Below are positions 35,769 to 48,159 of a DNA stretch of 64,000 nt, piece after piece (position 1 is the first letter of the stretch; every line of letters begins with the position of its first letter). The position numbers and the translations under genes are program-made. The notes under the pieces were generated by a model, which was not told where the DNA came from, ran no database searches, and saw only the letters and a list, made by a program, of their open reading frames with translations. The stretch is from Amphiscolops sp. MND2022 (taxonomy: Eukaryota), in NCBI GenBank assembly GCA_964187785.1, contig OZ076421.1, positions 58,032,001 to 58,096,000 of the forward strand, in the 5' to 3' direction.

Positions 35769-38700
35769 TCAGGGCTGAGCAAAGCTCGGGGTTGCCAACC
35801 TCAGCCCAGCAAAAATCAGATTGCAATCCAACCCCTGCGTCAACCAGCACCCAGCCCCAATGCAGCGATTTCCCCAATGCCACCCCGACAATCCTGTCAA
35901 AGCAGAGCTGCAGACCAATTGTGTTCGAAAAAGCTGCTGCTCCTGAACGCGAAGAAATCGAGCAGCGGTTGTGCACCCAGATTGAGGTGAAAATTCCTCA
36001 AGGGCCCAGTTTATTGGTGCCACTGATGGTCGAAAACGAAAAGAAATGGTCCCTCATTGACACAGGTGCCAGCTCGAACTTGTTGTGCAAGAAATTACAA
36101 GAACAAGTAGGGGGCACCCTTGAGCCCTACGGTGGAGTCGTCGTCGATCCAAAAGGCGAACCCTTACCCATCATTGGAGTCACCCGAGTACGACTGAATG
36201 TGGCAGGTCTGGTGACAACCGAGAAGTTCTTAGTCATGGATGGTCTCAACCCCGATGTTATTGTTGGACTACGGTTCCTGCTGGAGAAATGCTGTCAACT
36301 AGACTGGCAGCACTGCTGTCTCTGGCTAGAGGGCGGTAAACGAAGGGCACCCATGACAGTAGCAGGCCCCCTAATGCCAAATGACCCGGACCCGATCCTG
36401 ACACTTTACGCCACGTCCAACCCAACGTCCCCGACTGTGAAATACCAACCAAACCAGCCCCAGTCAGCTTCCCCCGAGCCGGTGCTGGGCGCAACTGAAG
36501 CTGGAAATGAAAACCCATCCTGCATCGAGGGAACACCAGTTTCAGTTGGCAATCTGCCTCAAGATGCAGAAGAATTCAGAGGCGGTTTCATTAGTGAAAT
36601 AGGGTTCCGGAAGCAACGGGAGATACCCTGGGCAGATGTCAGAGACGGAAAGGTCAGATTCCGAGGCAGAGCCAAAGGCGTCGTTTCTGCGAGGCGATGG
36701 GCATCCACCGTACGGTCTGTATCACCGAAAAAGACCCAGCGACGATCCTCGATTCCTCGTTGTTTCCGATTGCCTGAGACTTTCGAGAGCTCGTCCACTG
36801 CAGACATGGAAGCCCAACAGACGCAACTCGGAGCAGACGTGGAGACAATTTTGCAATTGACTGCCCCTGATGCGGAAGAAAGTATGAGGCAGCGTCTCAG
36901 GCTTCTGATCGAAGAGTTTCGCGATGTGTTCGCGCTCATTGAATCTAACAACCCACCGCATCTACACCGGATGGCTCCCGGCAAAATTCCAGAAATGAAG
37001 GCGGAGGTTCAAGACATGCTGAAGCGGGGGATCATCAGACCCTCTAAAAGCCCTTACAGTTCGCCCATAGTGATTGTGAAGAAGAAAGATGGAGCCAACC
37101 GATTCTGCGTCGATTACAGAAAACTCAACGAGATCACGCGAAAGGATGCTTTTCCAATACCGCGGATTGAACAGACACTCGACGCTTTGGAAGGTTCCAG
37201 CTTTTTCTCCACTCTGGATTTAGCCTCAGGCTATTGGCAGGTCCTAGTGGCGACAGAAGACATCCCAAAAACAGCTTTCGTCACCCCAGATGGCGGTCTG
37301 TACGAGTATGTGAGGATGCCCTTTGGTTTGTGAAATGCTCCAGCTACATTCCAACGCCTGATGAACGAAATCTACGGCGACGCATTGTACAAATTCGTGA
37401 TAGTGTTCCTTGACGATGTTTTGGTGTACAGCAAAACAGAAGACAGTCACTTTGAACAGTTGCGGGGAAACCTTCACAAGGTTGCGAACAGCTAATCTGA
37501 AACTGAAACCCAAGAAGTGCAACCTCTTCCAGAGAAAAGTGGGCTACCTCGGGCATGTCATTGATCAAGCTGGCTCACGACCTGACCCTGGGAAATTGGA
37601 CGCACTGCGAACGTGGCCCCAGCCTAATACAGTCACTGGTGTCCGGTCGTTCCTCGGATTTTGCAGTTATTACCGCAAATTCATCAAGGGATTCGCAGAA
37701 ATCGCTAGACCCCTGCACGAACTGACGAGGAAGGTATTGAAACTCACGTGGCTGCCACATCACACCGCGGCCTTCAATGAGCTGAAAGATTGCCTTTTGA
37801 AGGAACCCACCATCAGTTTTCCTGACTTCAACCAGCCCTTTGTCATTGACACAGACGCAAGCGACAACAGCCTTGGCGCAGTGCTGTCCAATGTGGTCAA
37901 TGGAGAAGAGCGCCCCTTGGCATACATGATTAGGGTTCTCTCAAAAACAGAAACCATGTATTCCACCACAAAACGCGAAGCCTTGGCCGTAGTACAGGCA
38001 CTGAAGTGGTTCAGATCATACATCCTTGGCCTCAAAGTGATCATACGCACGGACCACGCTAGCCTCAGATGGATGCCTTTCAGAATGGTCCAGAAGCTCC
38101 AGGAGTATGATTACGCGATTGTACACAGGCCAGGAGCGAAACATGGGAACGCAGACGGACTGTCTCGTCGAGAAGACCCGAAGGAGAATTGGAAAGAAGG
38201 CGACTTTGAAGTTCTGTTGGGTCCCTGTCCCGAGCCGACGACATACGAAGAAGCCCTGGAGGAAGTTCGCGACTTCCTCAAAGTGGTCAAGGAGCTGCAG
38301 GATGCCCGAACACTCGACTCACCCCATGAGCACCCCGAAGAACCCGACAGCGGAGCATGCAGAACAATTCAGGCTTCGAGTTTCAAAGTCGACCCAGTCA
38401 TGGAATTGGACGACTGGTTCTACGATTCCGGTCGGTCGATGGTGCAATGTGTCACAGCGGACTTTCGGCTGATCACAGTTCATCAAAGAGACCCTGTTCA
38501 CGATCCCTTCCTAGAAACCCTAATCCAAGGACTGAAGCGTCAACCCATGCCTGGGGACACACTGGCTGTACGTGACATGGAATCGTCTTGCTGGTGGTTC
38601 TACATGATCACCAAGAAGTTTGCCTGGGAGAAAACCAGTTATCGAACTCTGCGGGAGTGCCTCTCCCAGCTACAGCGATTGATGGAGGAAAGTCACGTTT

Positions 38701-40933
38701 ACGAAGTGAGCATGCAGAGAATTGGTAGCCAGCCCCCCGACTTTCTAAACTGGTGGCAAACCCGTGGGCTCATCTCGGAAGTGTTTACCGGTAGCCCTAT
38801 GCTGGTCTGGGTGCACTATGGCGGTCCCGAAGGTAACGATCCCACGGAACTGTGCAGTGCCAGCCAAGAGGTGCACACACCCACTATGACCGAAAATTCA
38901 ACCATTGGTACAGAAAGCTACGAACGAACCCCTTCAACTTCCGACGCAATTAGTTGGGTCCTCGTTCCGTGTGATGTGCGAAGCGCTCAGAGAAACGACC
39001 CCCATATCGGAATCATTTTCAAAATGATCAACCTGGAGCACGACGAAGCTGACCTCGTGGACCTCGGAGAAGTTCCGTTCACGAAAGCTGAAGCAATTGG
39101 ATACGGAGATGAAGTGGTTACCCACTGGGGGCAGTGGCCACAACTTACCATCCGCAAAGGTATTCTGTATCGATACTGGCAAGAATCTTCAGACGCTGAA
39201 AAAGTGTTTCAACTGGTGCTGCCCCTCGTGCACCAGAGAGATGTCCTGGACCAATTACATGACTCGCCAGTTAGCGGAGGTCACTTTGCGGTCGAGAAGA
39301 CGCTCAACCGAATACGACAACGTTTCTGGTGGCCGCAAATGCGCCAACATGTGGAGAAGAAGGTGGAACTTTGTATCCCGTGTGCAGCGAGACGCACCGC
39401 GGGGAAGCGACGGACGGCTGAGTTACAACCTCTTCAGGTGGGAACGAGGTTCAACACAGTCGCAGCCAACATACTTGGTCCTGTAACGAAAGGGGGAAAA
39501 ACGAAATGCAAATACGTTCTGGCTATGACGGACCTCTTCACAAAATACGTCGTGGCAGTACCTCTGAAAGACCTAGACGCTAAGGAGGTAGCCAACAGTT
39601 TAGTGGAAAACTGTGTCCTGCGATATGGCGTGCCGGATGTTTTACACACGGACCAGGGCACAAACTTCAACAGTGACCTGATGAAGGAGGTTTGCAGCTT
39701 CTCCAAATCGACAAAAGTCGGACAACTGCATATCACCCTGAGGGAAACGGTCAAGTGGAGAGGTTCAACAGAGTGATTGCCGATACCATCTCGAAATACT
39801 GTGCGGAAAACCCAAGAACATGGGACAAATTTCTGCCCTATGTGACTTTTGTCTACAACACCACGGTTCACAAGACGACGAGAGCAACCCCTTTCAGTCT
39901 GGTATATGGACAGGAGTGCCAGTACCCGATTGATTTGTTTTATCCCAAGCCAATAGACTACGAATACAAGGAGGGGGCTGATTTTGCTGCTCAACTTCAC
40001 GAGACGTTCCGCGAAGTCCAAGCTAATGCTCGGCAAGTTTTGGGAAGCACTCAGCGTAGGCGAAAAGACCTCTATCACAAGAAAGTTTATGGGGAACCTT
40101 ACAAGGAGGGGGATAGAGAGTGGCTGTTCTCCCCTCACAAAGCCAAGTCAAGAAAGTTTTTCCTGCCTTGGGAAGGACCGTATGTGGTGGAAGAACGATT
40201 GAATGAGGTCATCTACAAGGTGTGGAAGGAGTCTAAGCCATCGAAGTGGTTCACCGTCCACTTCAACCGACTCAAGCCCTACAAGTGTTCCCAACCAGAA
40301 CACAGACAGTTCAATAGGCCACGGCCTCAAGCCGAGGAAGTCGCTTTTGACTACGGTCTGTGGGGGGAACTCACTCCTAGAGCTAGACACGCCTTCACCA
40401 CCGCCCCTACCCGAAGAAAGAACGCCGCTCCGCCAGTTCCCAGGGAAGAACAACCATCGGAGCCAAAGGGGTTGAATTTGACGGTCAGTGTGCCGGACAT
40501 GGACTATGAACAACCCCCATCAATTTTCACCCCTTCAACCCCCGTCCCTGGTAGCGCCCTGCCCCCCTACACTTTCATAGACGACCCTTCTCCCACACTG
40601 CATTGAATATTTGCAGACAGCCATCAAGCTGACGAAAATCCTGGAGAGCATGGATCAGCGACACCGCTAGTGCTTGAACAAACAAAACCACAACATCAAG
40701 CGGATAGCGAGCAGAGCAGGTGCTCACTGCATGAGTCACCACAGCAAACGCAAGGAAGCGAGGAACGCGACGATGAACGACACGGGAATGCTCCAAGTCA
40801 AGGGACACATGCTAGCGACCGAGAGCTCGGAGAGAACGGAGCTGGCGAGGATGAAAGTCAGCGCGTTGATACAGTGACGAGCCGGCCGAAGCGAATGCGC
40901 TTTCGTCCGGTACGCTACGGAATCTACGACTAG
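35759..40933 (+). pseudogene. pol: Pol (PR-RT-RNase H-macrodomain-IN) with stops and frameshifts
   Basis: LIDTGAS; FCVDYRKLN, LDLASGYWQ, MPFGL*NAPATFQ and FLDD; DTDASD, KREALAV and TDHASL; LHDSPVSGGH...CIPC, HTDQGTNF and GQVERFNR; tail RPKRMRFRPVRY. Confidence 0.95.
38415..38820 (+). CDS. TARG1/Poa1-type macrodomain inserted in frame between RNase H and integrase
   Basis: SMVQCVTADF...PGDTLAV...FYMITKK...SYRTLRECL...VSMQRIG..PDFLNW...LISEVF aligns by eye with recalled OARD1/TARG1 motifs SLAHCISED, YYLITKK, LSMPRIGCGLDRLQW and IEEVF. Confidence 0.8.
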
Positions 40934-41182
40934 GAGTGGAAAACACTCCGACCTCAACTGTAGTCTGCTTGCAGGAGGCAGACGACAAAGAGGAATCACA
41001 TCCTGCGGCACGAGTGATTCACCGTGCCACGCTTTCTCCTGCGCTCCGCTGAGCACGGAAAACGAGAACTACCGAAACAGTCCTTCGCCTGCTTAGCTGA
41101 ACAACGAAGAAAGCATCGCCATCAGTTGCCTTGTTTCACGAAAAGCTTCTCCACTGCCATTAAACCTGCTACCACTCGTGCG

Positions 41183-44100
41183 ATGCAGTTGATCATCCTA
41201 TGTTGCTGCCTTTCCTTCCTTTGGCATCCCATCGTCAGCGAAGACCTGTAAGACTGGGATGTTCATGACCTATCTTTTAAACAATCTGAACGCATGGCTT
41301 CCACCTTTTCCAACAGCACCCACTCAGTGTCTGGAGCTGCTTTCACCCCCGAAGGCACAGTGATCCTGACAACGTCCATGAAGGGAACCTGGGTGTACGT
41401 GCCATTTCCAGAAGTGCCAGCATTGAGTGGGGACTTCGTCAAAGCGATGGTGAAAAAATTCGACTCTGCCATCTCGAGTACCTTTGGCGCACCCGATCGA
41501 GTCTGTAAGGACACAGGGACTTTGGGAAAGACTTTCCCGCTCTTTTATGGACGAGCCCTGGGCGAACTCTGGCGGAGCCTCAACAGGTTCTCAGCGGATC
41601 TGGATGCCATTCGACGAAGTGCTACAGTTTTTGTCAACAACACTGGCCACACTGAGCTGTCAAGAACAAGGCGAGTGGTGCCTCACCTGGTAGCAGCCGC
41701 AACAGCCACGATTTTTGAACCCGTTCTACGGAAAGTGGGATGTGCTGTTTTGTCCCCAATTGGTTTCTGCAGCAACCCCAGGGCACAAAGAATTGAGACT
41801 CTTTACGCCCAACTACGCCATCTCGAGGGCAGAGTCCGCCAACTGGAGGAGGGTGCATGGCTGACCCATGTCGTGGAACCCCCGAGGGACGCGAAACGAT
41901 GGGTTGAACCTGTGCTCTCCCTGAATCGCTCCATAAATGAGGGAAAATTGTTGAGCCTCGTTCCCTGCATGGAGGACCTTGTGAAAATAAATGGACCGCT
42001 ACCTCATTTGTGCCCCCAACCACAAAACGAGTGAGTTTGAGATGAGTGCCCTCCACTTGGGACTCTATGACAACATAACATCCACGATCGGCGCCATGGC
42101 TACGGAGATTGACCAGAGAAGAGTAGCTCTTCAAAGTATTGGATCCTTGCTTCAGGATGCCCTGGGATCCCTGGTTCATGGGTTTCTGCCAACCACATTA
42201 ATTCCCCGCCTACTACAGTTTCGATATAGTACGGGAAACGTACATTTCGAATAGCGGACTGCACCTTCTTCTGGAAATTCCGCTGCACGCATCAACGGGC
42301 ATGCATTCGGTCATGAGAGCAACACCTTTGCCGCAACCGAGGTACCGCCACCCAATACAAATTACAAAAAAACCTCTTACTTCTGTCGTGGGATCGCACC
42401 AACTTTGCTGAGGTCAGTGAGGAAAAACTGTTGGCCCATTGTCAAGGCACTGGCCCGCTGAAGTTATGCAAGAAGCCCTTCGCCGCTACTGTCTCTCAAA
42501 GGACTACTTGCTTGACTGGACTTTACTTCAACTTTCCCGCTCTTTTATGGACGAGCCCTGGGCGAACTCTGGCGGAGCCTCAACAGGTTCTCAGCGGATC
42601 TGGATGCCATTCGACGAAGTGCTACAGTTTTTGTCAACAACACTGGCCACACTGAGCTGTCAAGAACAAGGCGAGTGGTGCCTCACCTGGTAGCAGCCGC
42701 AACAGCCACGATTTTTGAACCCGTTCTACGGAAAGTGCGATGTGCTGTTTTGTCCCCAATTGGTTTCTGCAGCAACCCCAGGGCACAAAGAATTGAGACT
42801 CTTTACGCCCAACTACGCCATCTCGAGGGCAGAGTCCGCCAACTGGAGGAGGGTGCATGGCTGACCCATGTCGTGGAACCCCCGAGGGACGCGAAACGAT
42901 GGGTTGAACCTGTGCTCTCCCTGAATCGCTCCATAAATGAGGGAAAATTGTTGAGCCTCGTTCCCTGCATGGAGGACCTTGTGAAAATAAATGGACCGCT
43001 ACCTCATTTGTGCCCCCAACCACAAAACGAGTGAGTTTGAGATGAGTGCCCTCCACTTGGGACTCTATGACAACATAACATCCACGATCGGCGCCATGGC
43101 TACGGAGATTGACCAGAGAAGAGTAGCTCTTCAAAGTATTGGATCCTTGCTTCAGGATGCCCTGGGATCCCTGGTTCATGGGTTTCTGCCAACCACATTA
43201 ATTCCCCGCCTACTACAGTTTCGATATAGTACGGGAAACGTACATTTCGAATAGCGGACTGCACCTTCTTCTGGAAATTCCGCTGCACGCATCAACGGGC
43301 ATGCATTCGGTCATGAGAGCAACACCTTTGCCGCAACCGAGGTACCGCCACCCAATACAAATTACAAAAAAACCTCTTACTTCTGTCGTGGGATCGCACC
43401 AACTTTGCTGAGGTCAGTGAGGAAAAACTGTTGGCCCATTGTCAAGGCACTGGCCGGCTGAAGTTATGCAAGAAGCCCTTCGCTGCTACTGTCTCTCAAA
43501 GGACTACTTGCTTGACTGGACTTTACTTCAACTTGGTGTCGGTTGTCCTGAAGTTGTGCGATCAGGAGGTAATCCCCCTGCCTCAGCAACCGCAGGCAGA
43601 ATACCTGTACGACTCAACGTACTTGCTCACATCGGCAGATGGGAACTTTTTGATGCAGAACTTCACGGAAGGAAGAAAGGCACAGAAAATGAACGGATGC
43701 CAGAGTTGTCTAGTGAAACCGTCATGCAACGGACGAATCCAACTGCCGAGCGGTGGGCTTGTGTTGCGACCCGACCCTCAGACATGCCGAAACGACGGCG
43801 AAGGAGCGGTCAACATTCTGCCTGCACCACAGCTGCTAGCCATTTTCGGAGCCTTGGCAGAGATCTCCCAAGAAGTGCCTTACTCCCTGGTGAGTGACCT
43901 GCAGGCTGAGATCCTGGACCACGTCCGCCTCAACCTTGCCCAGCTGAACGACGCCGATCTCACTGATGCTGCCATTGAAAGTGTGGTCGAGCCATTCATC
44001 GACCAAGTGCGGTTGGCCCATGGTGTCGGTATGAAGTGGCTCATTCGGCGAGTAGTCCTTCCAGCAGTTTCGGGAGTCTTCGCTCTGACCCTGACCGCGG

Positions 44101-44411
44101 GATGCCTCTACCTGAGTCGACAACCAATCCGTCACGCCCTGCAGCGCGGGGTGAGGTCAGTGCGCCGGAGGAACGAGAGACGAATCATCCGGCAGAAGCG
44201 ACAACAACTACAGGACGAAGCTCGTGCTGATGCGGAAGCGGTGCCCCGAATACACATGCGGGTGCGCCAAATTGCAGCGGAGAGTGAACGACCAGCGACA
44301 AGTGAGGCGACAGTGGCAGAGCTCCATGACCCAACGCACACATCGGCGAAGGTACCCCGAAGAAAGGGTGGAGAGCCGGGCGAGAAATGCAGATCAGACG
44401 AGAAGCCGTGA
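41183..44411 (+). pseudogene. env: Env-like class I fusion glycoprotein, disrupted by stops and a 1-kb duplication
   Basis: Signal peptide MQLIILCCCLSFLWHPIVS; furin site RTRR followed by VVPHLVAAATATIF; AHCQGTGRLKLC; GCQSCLVKPSC; TM VVLPAVSGVFALTLTAGCLYL. Confidence 0.85.
41531..43530. repeat. Tandem duplication of exactly 1000 bp inside env (41531-42530 / 42531-43530)
   Basis: Paired ORFs are offset by exactly 1000 nt; ACTT microhomology at 41531, 42531 and 43531; only a few substitutions between copies. Confidence 0.95.
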
Positions 44412-45163
44412 CCCGCAAGTGGAGATATGGTGGCCGTTAGTAAGCCTGCCAATCTTCAACAACCTTTTTTTTTACAAAACTCTTTGCATGTTAATTACAA
44501 AACTCTTTACATGTCAACCCTTGTAGAACCCCCTTCTGCCTCACTATTGCTTTAAAACACATTGATTTCTAGGAAAAAGAAACTGATGGACCATTTTTTT
44601 CTTCAAAGAAAAAAATACATATACGTACATAAATATTCAAAAAAAACCTCGCACTTTCGAAATCCCCGGCGAACTTTTCTTGTTATCCGCAAATTTTTTT
44701 TGCATCATTTTTTTTCTTGTCTATTTCTTTTATTGTTTTTTTTGCAAAAAAAACAGTCCAGGCATAAATTTCAATGCCTGCACATACGAAGTATGACTCA
44801 TACGAACTCAATAGATATTGGACACGTGATTGTAAACGAACAAAACGGCAGGCTTGAATTCTTAATGAGCGAGATGTAAGCTAACTGAGAGCATTTTAGT
44901 TCACTTGAAGCGGAATGCATTTTTGTTAATCCCCCGACGTTTACTTGCGTACGCAGCTGCAGCTGTAAGTTCACGTCACGCGTGAGTGCGATGACTAATG
45001 CTGTTTAATGAACTGTCGCTTGCACTACTCGTAATCACCGCGCTCCCCGGCCATAAATATTTTCTCCGCAACCGTAATCAGTCGCTTTCATTCTAGACAA
45101 AACTTTGTTTCTATTCTTTTCTCAAAAATCTTCGCCTCCGATAAATAAAGAAAAAAAACTACA

Positions 45164-45724
45164 ATGTCCACCGCTCAGAACAGCTGCCCAGCTATCCAAT
45201 CAATCCTCCCTCTCGATATCCTGCCCTGCACCGTCAAACTGGGTGATAACTGGGTCCGAATTCACGAGTTTGCAGCGCCAACAAGCGACGCTGACGCTGA
45301 GGCGTACATCCTGATGGACAAGTGGGAAAATGGACGGTGGAAATCAGACCCTCAAACTTTGAGCATCCACGATGAATTCTTATGGGATTTAGCAGCTCTG
45401 CTGTTGGAGGTCAGCCTCCGGAAAGGCGACCGGGTGCGGATGTGTTTGGCCTTTGTCCAGTTCCTGACACAGCCCAGCGTGCCAGCGAACGACGACCATC
45501 CGGAGTCCGCGGGCAACCTCCCACAGTTTGGGCTAACCAGCTCAGTAGGCAGGGCGCTGATTGATGCGAACAACCAGCGGGATAAAGCTCGCAGCGCTTG
45601 GATGCGGGAGTGGCTCGCACTGTTAGCTCCGCGCAATGAGGAGCCGCAGCTGCCACCCTATGCCGCAGAGCCGGGTGAAAACGAAACTGTGGTGACAAGG
45701 AACTCGGACCCGCCATCCAGTTAA
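45164..45724 (+). CDS. Intact orphan 186-aa accessory ORF between env and the 3' LTR
   Basis: ACAATG start to TAA; GC-rich coding block within AT-rich flanks; no lesions seen. Confidence 0.6.
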   Translation: MSTAQNSCPAIQSILPLDILPCTVKLGDNWVRIHEFAAPTSDADAEAYILMDKWENGRWKSDPQTLSIHDEFLWDLAALLLEVSLRKGDRVRMCLAFVQFLTQPSVPANDDHPESAGNLPQFGLTSSVGRALIDANNQRDKARSAWMREWLALLAPRNEEPQLPPYAAEPGENETVVTRNSDPPSS

Positions 45725-46075
45725 GTCTTCCGGGGTTTTGTTGTTATTTTTTTGTTTTTTTTTACAAAACTGTTGTCCATCAGTTTTTTTTTACCCTCAC
45801 CCTGTGGCTAAAACCACCTTGCGTGGCTCGAAACGCAGTGTGGCACGGCTTCCTGGAATAGATACCACTGTGACTGTTGATGTTCTACTATTACTATTAT
45901 TTTTTTTGAAAGCTTCTATTGTTTTGTTTTCATACGCAATTTCAACCCCAACCTCAGTCTTTGAGTCCTATGACCTGCCCCGTCCTTTCCAACTACACCC
46001 CCCCCCCCGATCTCAGCTCACCCATTTTGATAGGATGTCGATACCTCTGAAACTATCCAGGAGTATAGTTAGTCT

Positions 46076-46087
46076 GGAAGGGAGGAA
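46076..46087 (+). promoter_or_regulatory. Polypurine tract of element 2
   Basis: GGAAGGGAGGAA directly before TGTAGAAAAG. Confidence 0.85.
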
Positions 46088-48105
46088 TGTAGAAAAGTTC
46101 TACAGGCATGAAAATTAGGACGCATTGTATTCCTTTTCCTCGCGCGCGTCGCGGCGGCGGCATTGTATTATTTAGTCACAAAGCGTAGCAGAGTATTTGC
46201 ATAAAGCACGTGACGAATACCGAGCATAAAAGTTGAACAATATATGAATACAATCACAGCATACTCACTGAGGACGACTTAAAATTAATAAAAGGAACAT
46301 ACTAACGATCGGCAACGTATACTATTTTTCTTTCAATCTCCTAACCGCCATACAATGATACTCCCCTCATGACTCCAGATATCTACAAGCTAAATAGATA
46401 CTTCCGTGTGTAGGTCCTTTGTGACATCCGCGGTACACAATCCACTCGCGTGACCGCTCGAAGTATTCGTAGATCGTGACTCCAAGCTCGCGAGCGATGA
46501 CGCGTGTGTCGGTCCGTGAGAGGAAGTATGTGTCCCCAAGACCGTCGGAGGAAACTCCGTAAGTGATCCTCGATCTCATCAGAGAGTAAAATGCGGCGGC
46601 CCCCACAAAATAATCGCCCGTCAATAAACTGGCACTGCTTAGTTTTCCGTCTGAGGGATCTTCGGTCATTCAGGGAAAATGTAGGCGGGAACGTTTTTGA
46701 ATTAAAATACAAAACGAACGCCAAAAAGAGTTCTTTATCCATGATGCAAGTTTTCACGTGAAACAGATATCAACTGTTTGTTGTAAGGTGAATGGAATAA
46801 ACTGACTGCGTACGCACGTGAGTTGCGCACTATGCTAGCGCTCGCTACGGGAAGGCCGCTACAACGCTGCGGAAGGGATTATTACGTCATGAATACAGGG
46901 AACCTGCTCCGCTAGCCGCAGCAACTTGTGACGTCACAGCAAATGGAAAATAGGACATCAGATTTTAGTATTTTTGGGACCTGACCACTTTTTTCCTCGC
47001 TAGCCCTTTTATCTTAAAAATGGTCCGATTTAAATGAAATTTGACACGAATATAATAGAAGGCATGTGGAAACTACATACAAAATTTCAGCTCGCTACGA
47101 CTACCGCAACCCTAGTTTTTTCAACTCGGAAGTGGGCTATGTCAAAAAGGTTCTCTGCAACCCGACCACTTTTTTCCGCGCTAGCCCTCTTACCTGAAAA
47201 CTTGTCCGATTTGGATGAAAATTTGCACAATTATACTACTGATCAATGACTACCTACTCGCAAAATTTGATATTCGTAAGCTCAACCAAGTTTGAGAAAT
47301 TGACGCCGGAACTAGGGTAGGTTGACAAGGGGCAAATTTGGACAATCCATGATGACCACTTTTTTCCTTGCTAGCCCTTTGGCCCTAAAAATCGTCAGAT
47401 TCGAATGAAAATTGGCACACTTGAATTAAAGATAATCGACTACCTACATGCAAAAATCCAGATTGCTAAAACCACTCCGAACACCCGTTTTCGAACCCGG
47501 ATGTGGGTGAATTGACAACAACCGGAAGTTCTAGAAATAACCCTTAAACCAAGTTCCAGAGCCCACCATTATCGCCCAAACGGAATGTAAACGCCTCTCA
47601 ACTAAGTATGGGTCATTTCTAAATAGTTTTTTGGTCGTTTGACCCTAAATAAGCTCAAACTATCGAAAATCTGGAAACCCTAAAACCCAAAACCAAAAAA
47701 ATCATTCAAACTTGTTTAATTCAACATCATGAAGCTTATCTTTACCACCCTATTAGTTGTTGGGGCATTGGAAATGTCCGGGGAGATCCAAATTGATCCT
47801 GGAAACGGGAAACGGTATATTCGAGATTCGAGAAAATAACCCTAACCCTAAATTTGGAAATGACCCATACGGCCGTTGCAAATAGTGGTGTTGTATATCG
47901 ATCGAAACGGCGTCGTGTCCCGAGGCCAATTAAAGTGCCCATTTTTCAAATTTCAACCAATTTGAACCATTTTGCCTTTTCTAGGGTTTTTCATGAGAAA
48001 ATCGGGTTCTACATATATTGAGATTAGTGATCGGAATTTTTCAAACTTCGAATGACCTAATAAAATAAAAAAAAATAAAAAAACGAAACCGGCTCGTCGG
48101 AAACG

Positions 48106-48159
<54 letters not shown>

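Noticed and set aside
39460-39480. Integrase first Asp replaced by Asn (VAANILGP) as domestication
   Set aside because: A single G-to-A change in an element with many other lesions; ordinary decay.
36559-43179. Long minus-strand ORFs (36559-36984, 39434-40138, 41634-42179, 42634-43179)
   Set aside because: Antisense shadows of GC-rich pol and env with no independent motifs.
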